Positions 38,723 through 49,479 of a DNA stretch of 64,000 nt are shown here, piece by piece. The notes beneath the pieces were generated by a model. The model had not been told where the DNA came from and searched no databases. It saw nothing but the letters and a program-made list of their open reading frames with translations. Position 1 is the stretch's first letter. Every line of letters begins with the position of its first letter. The stretch lies in contig OZ024744.1 of the NCBI GenBank assembly GCA_964016885.1, positions 104,718,001-104,782,000 on the forward strand, given 5' to 3'. The DNA is from Eledone cirrhosa. Lineage: Eukaryota. Position numbers and translations under genes: made by a program.

Positions 38723-40349
38723 ATTTTTCTTTTTGTCGTGTCAGCTACAAAGCTTGGCTAGATGTAGTTCTGCCTCAACTGAACACATTACTGTCTTTTC
38801 TCATTAAACTCTGCCAAATCCAATACTGTTCCAGCAGGGGGAATGTCAGGAGGTGCTGTGTAGTCTGTAGTTTGATGCCATAGTCACACACAATGTCCCC
38901 ATCCTTTAGATATCCCCATTTTGCCATATTGGCTTTTGCACGTCCAACACCAGATCTTAGTCTGTTTAGGCAGTTCCACACTGCATAGTTTGTATCTGCT
39001 CCAGGGAGCAGTGCTTCACTTGCCTTTAGCTCCATTGTTATTACAGATGGGAGGTTGTTAAGTTTTTCTTCCCAGCGAGTGACTCTTTCACTACTTTTAC
39101 TTGATGTTTCAAGGAGTGTGACGCTCTTTAGGAAACTTTTCCTGGATTTAAGGCTGCTTTTGGCTGGCATATGGCTGAAGAGAGGATGCTTTTGATCTGT
39201 AGTGTGTTGTTGACACTCTTTCTTGCTTGCTGCACTTTGTTGTAGCTCTGGTGGGGTTTGCCTGCCAGGATATACAGGCGGGCCATAGGTGTAGATATCA
39301 GGCAGCCTGTGATTAGGCGGCAACTAACATTGAAAGTTGGATCTAGCTTCTGGACATGGTCAGCTCGCTCCCATACTGGGCATGGATACTCGACAGCTGA
39401 GTAGCAGAGAGCTAGTGCAGTTGTCTTCAGAGTCTCTGGGTTTGCACCCCAGGTTGTGCCAGTGAACTTGTGGATAATGTTGTTCCTCGCATTCACTTTG
39501 CACTTGGTCTTCTTAATGTGGATCTTAAAAGAGAGACAGCTGTCCAGGGTTACACCTAGATAGACTGGGTGCTCACAGTGTTCAAGGGGGGTTCCTGACT
39601 AGTTGACCTTCAGTTGGTGCTTGGCTTCACAGTTTTGCAGGTTAAGGCACACATCTGCATCTTGGATGGATTTGCTTGCAGGTGGTTCTCTTCATAATAA
39701 GGTGTTAGCTCTTCCAGAGCATTGGAGAGTCTATCTTCCACAACTTTGAAATCAGTGTCTTGTACACCTATGCCAAGATCATCTGCATAGATGAAGTGGC
39801 GTGTGCCTGCACTTTTTGGTTGGTCGTTGGTGTAGATGTTAAAGAGAAGTGGTGCAAGCACAATTCCCTGTGGGAGGCCATTCTTGAGTCTTCGTCATCT
39901 GCTTTTCTTCCCTCCTAGCTCAACAAAGAGGTGCCTGTTTTCAAGCATGCTTTCAATCAACTCTGTCAAACAGGTGTCTCTTGTGGTCTGCAGGCTCTCA
40001 TTAAGTAGCCGTCTGTGGTTGACTGTGTCATAGGCAGCTGAGAGGTTGACAAATACCACACTGGTTACCATCCCTTCCTCACAACTGTCTTCGATATACT
40101 GAGTGAGGTTGAGTACTTGGCTAGTTATCGACTTGCCAGGGCAGAAGCCTGCTTGTTCAGGGATCATGTGTTCATCCACAAAGGGGCCAATTCTGTTGAG
40201 GATCAGATGTTCAAAGAGCTTGTAGGTGTGACACAAAAGTGAGATTGATCTAAAGTTCTTAGGAGCAGATGGATCTTTCCCAGGTTTCAGCAGTGCTATA
40301 ACGTGAGCTTTCTTCCAGATGTTGGGGAGCTTGTATGTTGTTAAGCACT

Positions 40350-41393
40350 TATAGCGAGGATACTGGGTTGTATGAATGTAATAAGGAATACATGGTTTGG
40401 TGTATAATATTTAATTAACAATGGTAGATAGTATACTTGACATGTCAAAGATAGATGTTAGAATGAAACAAAGTTAGTAGTTACCGTTTTGATTGCCAGG
40501 CAAACGCGGCTGGCAGAGGACGCCTGGCTAAGGCCAGGCGCCTGTTGGCCAAATTAATGGCGGAGCCCAATGAGAAGCTCTTGACCTGGTGCCGAAAAGG
40601 CAAAGAGAGAAAGGAAGCTTAAAGTTGTTAGTTTTATAGGGCTCTGACCGGAAGTTGCAGAAAGGGTTCCACTTCCCGTCTAGATCCTAATCAAAACAAG
40701 GGAGACAACCGCTACATAACCTCCCGCCAGAATTTTAGTGTATAAAAATTGAAATGAAAATATGTAGCAAGTTGGCGAGAATGTTGTAACAGGCATGAAA
40801 TTTACGACAAAAGAATGTTTGGAAAAATCAATGATAGATATCAAGGTAGCCAACCGCTCTTGGCCAGAGAACGACTGGACATCCATCCATCCATCACCCA
40901 AAGATACAATGTAATAAAGTAAAAGTAATAGAAGAGCTCAAAGTTCAAAATATAGTTCACAGGTGTGCAATCACATGACAGCAGGAAAGAAAGTGTGTTC
41001 CAGAGAATGAATGCAGGTGGTCTCTGTTCTGTGGTATATCGTGAAATTTCCAACCTCCGAATAGATTTTCTCACAGGGAGAGTGCTGCAAAAATAAATTC
41101 TCTGGCGTTCTGCTGGTTGTTGGTGAAGCTGTGTTGATGTATTGCTGCTGCTGCTGTTGTCTCGCTGAGTGAGCGTATTCGGTGTTTAAATTCACAGTAA
41201 AAAAAATTTTTTTAGAAAAAATGAGTTGCGCAAAGTGCTAGAAATAGCAGCCGAAGTTGATGGTCGATGTTGAGAATGCGTTGACCTGGAAGGGTCAAGA
41301 GGCCAGCGACCAGAGAAATAAGCATTCTTAATAAATGCAAGGGTTCCACTTCCCGTCTAGATCCTAATCAAAACAAGGGAGACAACCGCTACA
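40350..41393 (-). mobile_element. Internally deleted LTR retrotransposon with 4-bp TSD
   Basis: TSD CACT at 40346-40349 and 41394-41397; ends TATAGCG...CGCTACA; 53-bp direct repeat at 40664-40716 and 41341-41393; PPT-like GGCGGGAGG before the complete LTR. Confidence 0.8.
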
Positions 41394-41983
41394 CACTCAT
41401 TGTAGAGCTGTAGAAGCCACATCTTTGCCTTGTGACAGAAGTGCTTGATCTGTTCGGTTGCGATGTTATCCAGTCCAATTGCCTTCCCTGGTTTGAGGGT
41501 AGCGATTCCTGTTTCCAACTCTTCTATTATAAATGGTCTTGTAAAAGCAGGGTCTACAGTGTAATTCTTGCGGTTTAGTTTGATCTTTTTCCCCCTCTTT
41601 CCACTATTTCCATTCTCTGGTAATTTGTTGGCAACTTGGTTGGCAGTGACTATTCAGTGCTGAGTGGCTGCTTTAGGACTACCACGTAGCTTGTGAATAA
41701 GTGTTCCTGCTTTCTTGCTGTTTTTGACATGTCCATAGACTCAATAAGAGCATTCCAGGTCTTGCTTTGCTCTTGGGCAATGCTTTCCATCACCTTCTTG
41801 TCTTAGGCAGTTGTTTCTTCTGAGAAAGGGTCTGCTTCAAACATGCTGATATAGTTGGCATAGAGTTCTGTACATTCCTTTGAAAGTTCAGGTATATATT
41901 CAACTCTACAGCCTCGTGGGATATGTTTCCGAGCAGGTTTCAGCACCAGGTTAGCAAAGAGGTTGTAGTTATTGCTTGTTGGT

Positions 41984-42172
41984 ATTGGATTGGGAGTATC
42001 AGTAGAAGGTCGGATGCCATGCTTTGCAGCATAGAGTTACGCCCCTTTATGGTCTGAGTTCAAATCCCGCCGAGGTTAACTTTGCTTTTCATCCTTAAGG
42101 GGTCGATAAAATAAAGTACCAGTAATGTACTGGGATAATTACTGGTCTTGTGCCAAAAGTAGAAACAATTAT
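41984..42172 (+). mobile_element. OK-like SINE nested in the Vingi element
   Basis: B-box, central domain and tail. Confidence 0.8.
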
Positions 42173-42983
42173 GTTTGATCTTCTCTTCCAGCTCATTGGT
42201 GAAACCTTTCTAGTAGCAGAAGCACCTTTTAAAAGGCACGATGGTTGGAACTGAAGCTACATTGGACGGTGTTGGCTTGATGGAATAGGATCCAGAACAG
42301 TCTTTTACACAGTCCAGTGATGTTACTTGTGACCATGGTGAGATCTAGGTTATAGCCACGTTTCCAACGACCACTGAAAAACGAGTGTCGTAGCTTGGAG
42401 TCATGGATAAGACTCAGTTGATCAATATCCATCCAGTTCTCTACTGCTTCTCCCTCCTTGTTCAGTTCAGGTTAGCCCCACTGGGTACTGTGGCTATTGA
42501 AGTCACTGATAATGATCTGTGGATTGCTGGGTACTTTGGTGATTGGCTGGGAAAACAAAGTTAACAGGTGGTGGTTTATAGACAGATGTTACTGTTAAGC
42601 TGTTTAGCTCAACAGATAAGACTTTGATGTCATGATCAGCTGACATATCCATTTCTTCTATAGATAAGCCTGTTTTTACAAACACAGCACTGCCGTACTG
42701 CCGATGGGGTCGCTCAATGGCCAGGACCATTTCAGATATGGCAGGATGGTTGTTTTCACTCCCTCTGTGAATTTCTGGCAAGTAGAGAACATCACAGTGT
42801 AGCTTGCTGCATAGGTCAGCTAAGTTGTTTTGTTTTGCAGAAGAGAACCCTTCAATATTCGCAGATATGACTGTCAATGTTGGTCTTGGGGAAGTCCCTC
42901 CTTTCTGACATCGACGATCTCCAGGAATGGTGTTTTCTCTTGGTGTTCCATAGCTTTGTGGCTTGTAGCTTTCAGAGTTGCTT

Positions 42984-43219
42984 GAGAGAGAGAGAAAGAG
43001 ATGAGATAAAAGAGAGAAAGAGAGAGATGAGATAAAAGAGAGAGAGGTGAGATAAAAGAGAGAGAGATGAGATAAAAGAGAGAAAGAGTTGAGATAAAAG
43101 AGAGAAAGAGTTGAGATAAAAGAGAAAAAGAGATGAGATAAAAGAGAGAAAGAGTTGAAATAAAAGAGAGAGAGAGAGTAAGAGAGAGAGAGTGAGAGAG
43201 AGAGAGAGAGAGAGGGAGA

Positions 43220-43284
<65 letters not shown>

Positions 43285-43302
43285 GATAAAAGAGAGAGAA
43301 AG
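42984..43302. repeat. (GA)n/GAGATAAAA polypurine tract
   Basis: Direct reading; source of spurious SLSL ORFs. Confidence 0.95.
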
Positions 43303-43489
43303 ATAATTCCATAGCGATAGAAAGAGATAGTGTTTGCTCTGACAACAGCTGAGGAAATAGAAGAGAGTGAGAAAGAAGGAGGAGATAAAAAAGAGAAGTA
43401 GATATTGAGAGAGAGAGGAGGAGAGAGAATGAGGAATGGTATGAGAGGTAAAGCAACATAGGAGGAACAAATTGTTATATAATTATGTG

Positions 43490-44665
43490 AATATATGTAA
43501 TGTTTTAGATATGTGAATATATCAGATTTAGATTCATAAATAACGATTCGCTTTATAATAATATGGACTTTGCCTATTAATCCGTATGGTGAGCAAATGG
43601 GGTCCCACGTGCTGACCTCCCCACAGCCCCGGCGGACAGGATGGAGAAGGTGTTTCCCCGGAGGATGGTAAGGGAGATGTGCTGGAAGAGCCATTCCAAC
43701 TTGCGAGGCTCACACCTGCGGTTGGCCAGCTCATCGCTTATGGTGGTGAATAGGGAGGTAGCCCTAGGGCCAAGGACACCAGAAGTCTCCACTGCTACAG
43801 CTAGCCAGTTCAGCACCTATGGTGGTGAATAGAGAGGTAGCCCTAGGGCCAAGGACACCAGAAGTCTCCACTGCTACAGCTAGCCAGTTCAGCACCTATG
43901 GTGATGAATAGGAAGGTAGCCCTAAGGCCAAGGACACCAGAAGTCTCCACTGCTACAGCTAGCCAGTTCAGCACCTATGGTGATGAATAGGAAGGTAGCC
44001 CTAAGGCCAAGGACACCAGAAGTCTCCACTGCTACAGCTAGCCAGTTCAGCACCTATGGTGGTGAATAGAGAGGTAGCCCTAGGGCCAAGGACACCAGAA
44101 GTCTCCACTGCTACAGCTAGCCAGTTCAGCGCCTATGGTGGTGAATAGAGAGGTAGCCCTAGGGCCAAGGACACCAGAAGTCTCCACTGCTACAGCTAGC
44201 CAGTTCAGCGCCTATGGTGGTGAATAGAGAGGTAGCCCTAGGGCCAAGGACACCAGAAGTCTCCACTGCTACAGCTAGCCAGTTCAGCGCCTATGGTGGT
44301 GAATAGAGAGGTAGCCCTAGGGCCAAGGACACCAGAAGTCTCCACTGCTACAGCTAGCCAGTTCAGCGCCTATGGTGGTGAATAGAGAGGTAGCCCTAGG
44401 GCCAAGGACACCAGAAGTCTCCACTGCCAAGAGCACGACCCCGAACCTGTTGGAGAGCGACCGGTACTTGGAGAGTTTGGCCTCCTCAGCCCGATGTGTA
44501 GCAGTACCTGGGTTAGTCACAGACTGCACCAGGTTGCGACTGGAGAAAGTGTTGCTGCAAGTGGCATGCCAGACGACGGGTTTGCCACCGTGGAATGGGA
44601 AGTTGGTCATACCGTCTGGCCTTTTGCCATCCCCTCTGTCCAGCCCCACCGACTCGAAACATTTT
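43490..44665 (-). mobile_element. CRE-clade non-LTR element, 3' RLE fragment
   Basis: GDGKRPDGMT..P...GKPVVW.ATC, AEEAKLSKY, AVETSGVLGP, WLFQHISLTILRGN. Confidence 0.8.
43739..44427. repeat. 79-bp tandem array (8 full units plus a partial) inside the CRE endonuclease
   Basis: TATGGTG unit starts at 43739, 43818, 43897, 43976, 44055, 44134, 44213, 44292 and 44371. Confidence 0.95.
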
Positions 44666-45184
44666 ATTGCGACAGCAACTCTAGAGAAGTTGTCATGTCT
44701 TTCACACAGATGAAGAAACCTCTCAATCCTTTCTTTGGCAGGTTCTATGACTGGATGTCCTACCTATCTCCCAGATTCTCTGTATGTCACTGCCCACAGA
44801 ACTAGGGGTAGTTTGAGGTCTGACAGGCTCCCACTAACCTCTGATACATCCACACTCACCCCTCTATTCTTTGTTTGATGTAGCCTACATAAAGAAGGAA
44901 TCTTTTAATCCTCCATATTTCCAATCTCCCCCTTACCTCTGATATGATGTATCCCCCCCCCCAAAAAAAAAGACCCCCCCTGAATGGCTAGCCACCACTC
45001 CATCTCCTTAAGATCACTTCTAACAACATCCACCTTCCAACACATGTTCTTGCTCTCCTTATATCCCCTCCTCCTGGCTCACAGTAACAAACATAACTAC
45101 CATTCTCCCCTTTGTAGGTTCTCTTTCATTATACTCTTACCCACCCTCTCCCTTTACTGCCTCTCTCTGCCCTGCTGAGGTCAC

Positions 45185-46325
45185 GACCTCTCTAGTGTTG
45201 GTGCTACAATAAAATACACCTAGTATACCCTGTAAAGTGGTAGCGGTGGTGTCACAATAAAATACACCCAGTACACTCTGTAAAGTGGTAGTGGTGGTGC
45301 CACAATAAAATTCACCCAGTACACTTTGTAAAGGGGTAGTAGTGGTGTCACAATAAAATACACCCAGTACACTCTGTAAAGTGGTAGTGGTGGTGTCACA
45401 ATAAAATTCACCCAGTACACTTTGTAAAGGGGTAGTAGTGGTGTCACAATAAAATACACCCAGTACACTCTGTAAAGTGGTAGTGGTGGTGTCACAATAA
45501 AATTCACCCAGTACACTTTGTAAAGGGGTAGTAGTGGTGTCACAATAAAATACACCCAGTACACTCTGTAAAGTGGTAGTGGTGGTGTCACAATAAAATA
45601 CACCCAGTACACTCTGTAAAGTGGTAGTGGTGGTGTCACAATAAAATTCACCCAGTACACTTTGTAAAGGGGTAGTAGTGGTGTCACAATAAAATACACC
45701 CAGTACACTCTGTAAAGTGGTAGTGGTGGTGTCACAATAAAATTCACCCAGTACACTTTGTAAAGGGGTAGTAGTGGTGTCACAATAAAATACACCCAGT
45801 ACACTCTGTAAAGTGGTAGTGGTGGTGCCACAATAAAATACACACAGGACACTTTGTAAAGTGGTAGTGGTGGTGTCACAATAAAATAAACCCAGTACAC
45901 TCTGTAAAGTGGTAGTGGTGGTGTCACAATAAAATACACCCAGTACACTCTGTAAAGTGGTAGTGGTGGTGCCACAATAAAATACACACAGGACACTTTG
46001 TAAAGTGGTAGTGGTGGTGTCACAATAAAATAAACCCAGTACACTCTGTAAAGTGGTAGTGGTGGTGTCACAATAAAATACACACAGGACACTTTGTAAA
46101 GTGGTAGTGGTGGTGTCACAATAAAATAAACCCAGTACACTCTGTAAAGTGGTAGTGGTGGTGCCACAATAAAATACACACAGGACACTTTGTAAAGTGG
46201 TAGTGGTGGTGTCACAATAAAATAAACCCAGTACACTCTGTAAAGTGGTAGTGGTGGTGTCACAATAAAATACAACCAGCACACTCTGTAATGTGGTAGT
46301 GTTTGGGTCATAATAAAATACACTC
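45185..46325 (+). repeat. 48-bp module array, about 24 copies, partly organised as 96-bp dimers
   Basis: Unit CTGTAAAGTGGTAGTGGTGGTGTCACAATAAAATACACCCAGTACACT; homologous to the inverse of the 18.6-20.3 kb unit. Confidence 0.93.
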
Positions 46326-46327
46326 GT

Positions 46328-46470
46328 ATCATCTCATTTCTACAGCTGAGTAAACTGGAGCAATGTGAAATAAAGTGTCTTGCTCAAGGAAACCTCACAT
46401 CACTCGGGCTGAGAATTGAACTCACAACCTTTTGATTGCAAGGCCAATGCTCTAACCACTAAGCCATGTG
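46328..46470 (-). mobile_element. tRNA head and CORE part of the OR-like SINE
   Basis: Matches about 9197-9340. Confidence 0.8.
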
Positions 46471-46527
46471 ACTACTATGTATATATATATATATATCGAA
46501 AATTTTAATATATATATATGTATATAT

Positions 46528-47068
46528 AGGATGGAAGAAATTCAGGGAGCTGCTTCCTCTGTTGACAACGAAGGGTTTCTACCTAAAAAAAAAGGTTGGT
46601 CGTAAGATACCTGTGTGAGATGCACAATGCTACATGATAGTGAGACATGGACAGCAACTGCAGAGGATATGCAAAGGCTGGGGAGAAATGAAGCAAGCAT
46701 GCTCCGATGGATGTGCAGTGCTAATGTGCGTGAACGACCAAGCTTAGACGAGTTGAGAGTGAAACTGTGTATAAGAGGGATAGGCTGTAGTGTGCGGGAG
46801 AGAAGACTGAGATGGTATGGATATGTGATGCGCATAGAGGATGATCGCTGCGTAAAGAAGTGCCAAGAAATCCCAGTAGAAGGAAGACACAGTAGAGGAA
46901 GACCACGGAAAACATGAGCGGAGGTGGTGAGAGCTGACCACAGATCGCTGAATCTCACAGAGGAAATGACGAAGGACCGTGACGAATGGAGAGATGCTAT
47001 GCTGAAGAGGACCCGTCCCACCCTTGCAAGCAGGGAAAAGTGGACATAAAATGATGATGATGATGATG
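46528..47068 (+). mobile_element. RTE LINE 3' end (short-3'UTR family)
   Basis: WKKFRELLPLL, MLHDSETW, RERRLRWYGYV, RGRPRKT; tail CCCGTCCCACCCTTGCAAGCAGGGAAAAGTGGACATAAAA(TGA)n. Confidence 0.88.
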
Positions 47069-47539
47069 TATATATAATCCCTACTCCACCTAGCCTGTTG
47101 TCATTTCCCACAAAAAGTCTAGTTGACATTCCTCTCCATTTTATCTCTTGTACACAACACACATCAACTTTCTTTCACTCCAGTATCTCTACAACCTCTC
47201 CTGGTCCTCTTTTCATTGTGCCTACATTGATGGTGGCAGCGTTGAAGTTTGGGATTTCACCAGAAAGGTGATAGGAAGAAGATGAAAAAAATTAAGCATG
47301 TTCTGCATGCTTGCACCTAGGGCGTGAGGAGTTCATGATTGCAAGGCAGTGTGTCAGGGAAAAGTGTGATGTCAATGGGAAGAATTGTATCTGTGATGAT
47401 AATGGAATATTTGCCCCCCTGATGCTGAAAAGAAGGTGGCATGAGAGTGCCACTACGAAAGACTACTAAATGAGGAGAATACATAGAAAGAAGATAGACT
47501 GCTCCAGGTTGGCACAACAGAGGGACTGCAAGTTAGCAG

Positions 47540-49445
47540 TAGTATAATAGGCAAGGCAATCAATGATATGAAGACAGGGAAGACAGCTGAACCTTCAGAG
47601 ATAGTTGCCAAGATGCTTTCAGCATCTGAAAAGATGAGTCACACCATGGCCACCTGTATTGTAAACCAAATAATACAAAATGGCGTCATACCAAATGACT
47701 GGCATACCAGAATTGTCAATTGCTACAAAGGCAAAGGAGAAGCACTAGACAGAAGAAACTGCAAAAGCATCAAGCTGGTTGACCAGATCATACAGGTAAC
47801 AGAAAGTGTTATAGCACAGCTGATTAGAGACTGAGTTAACTTGAGTGAAATGCAGTTTTGATTTGTGCCAGGTTTGATTTATGCCTTTCTTGTACCTAAC
47901 TAAAAGTAAACCCCTCTACTTAGCTTTTGTTGACTTGGAGAAAGCCTTTGACAGAGTCCACCACTCCATTATCTGGTGGGCTCTTAGAAAACTAGGAGTA
48001 GATGAGAGGCTTGTGAGAGCTATACAAGCCATGTATAGAGGAACAGTCAGCAAGGTTAAAATTAACAATGAATATAATGAAGAATTTAGCGTACAAGTTG
48101 GTGTCCACCAAGGCTCAATTCTTAGCCCTCCTGTTTATTATTGCCCTTCAGGCTATAACAGAGGGGTTTAAGACTGGCTGCCCATGGGAACTTCTATATG
48201 CAGATGATCTGACTCTCACAGCTGAATCTATGGCTGAACTAGAGAAGAATTCCAAACCTGGAAGCATGGCCTAGAAACAAAAGGCCTTAAAGTTAACTTA
48301 TCAAAGACTAAATCATAGTATTTAGAAAGGAAAACAGGGCCTATATTCCCTCAGGGAAATGACCCTGCTCAGTGTGTAGGAAAAGAGTAGGTAGAAATTC
48401 CATCCTATATCCCAAATGCAGGCTATGGGTACATAAAAAGTGTAATGGGATCACAGGCAGGTTATCAAATGTCCAGATGGTACTATAGAAATAGTTGACA
48501 CCTTCTGTTACCTGGGTGATGAAATCAGCAGTGAAGGAGGGTGTTCTGAAAGTACAGAAACCAGAGTAAGAACAGGATAGAAGTTCAGGGAGCTACTACC
48601 ACTGCTAGCTAAAAAAGGTTTTTTCCTCAAAATGAAGGACTAATTGTATTATGCATGTATATGAACAGTAATGTTTCATGGTAGTGAAACCTGGGCGTTG
48701 TATGCAGAAGACTTATGTAGATTGGAAAGAAATTAAGCTTGCATGCTCCAATGGATGTGTAATAGTAATATACGTGAACGACAAAGCATAAATGAATTGA
48801 GAAAGAAACTAGGCATAAGAGGAATCAAATGTTGTGTGCAGGAGAGGAGATTCCAGTGGTATGGACATGTGATGTGTATGAAGGATGACAACTGTATAAA
48901 AAGGTGCAGAGCACTCAAAGTCGTTGGACGGCTTGGAGTTTGGAGACCCAAGAAGACTTGGGATGAGGTGATAAAAGCTGACTTTACCCAATTGCACCTC
49001 TCAGTGGTGATGACACAGGACTGAGCATTACTTGGCATTATGCAGTAATACAGAAGACCTGCCTTCCTACGGGAACAGGCCAAAGCTGAAGCATATATAC
49101 AGTATGCACGACACCACTCCACACCACCCTCCCATACATCTCCCATGAGGACACAGTGAAGTATACATCCAGTGAAGCCTCCAGCCCACAGTCTAAAGTG
49201 GTCATAATGGTGTCACAACAAAAAGCGCCCAGCCCATACTGTAAAGTGGTCATGTTGGTGTCTTGACAAAAAGCACCCAATACTGACTGTAAATGAGGTT
49301 GGCGTTAGGTAGGGCATCCAGCTGCAGAAACCGAGCCCAAATTAGTTCTGTATGAGCAAGACATGATCACCTGATCTGGCATTTCTCACAGCAGGACAAC
49401 TCATTTAACCCATTCTAGCATGGAAAAATGGATGTAAAACGGTGA

Positions 49446-49447
<2 letters not shown>
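47540..49447 (+). mobile_element. RTE LINE RT to 3'UTR (long-3'UTR family), decayed
   Basis: MKTGKTAEPSEIV, AFVDLEKAFDRV, VGVHQGS, WELLYADD, WYGHV; 3'UTR with two 48-bp modules (about 49190-49290). Confidence 0.88.

Positions 49448-49477
<30 letters not shown>

Positions 49478-49479
<2 letters not shown>

Larger units (their letters stand above)
38723..42983 (-). mobile_element. Near full-length Vingi/Ingi-type LINE (APE plus RT, no RNase H), decayed, with two nested insertions
   Basis: TVISANIEG, YGSAVFVK, TSVYKPP; EQAGF, AAYDTVNHRRLL, LAPLLFNIYTNDQP, FIYADD, WGANPETLKTTALALCYS, LNRLRSGVG..KWGY; about 3.0 kb after removing the inserts. Confidence 0.85.

Noticed and set aside
42503-43694. 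Long Ser/Leu-rich ORFs, and the CV/YI/HT-rich ORFs elsewhere
   Set aside because: They are translations of (GA)n, (TG)n, (TA)n and (CATA)n microsatellites; only the Vingi endonuclease part is a real coding relic.
45137-46332. 381-aa and 370-aa repeat ORFs
   Set aside because: Same artefact; two overlapping frames are open, on the opposite strand of the unit relative to the 451-aa ORF.
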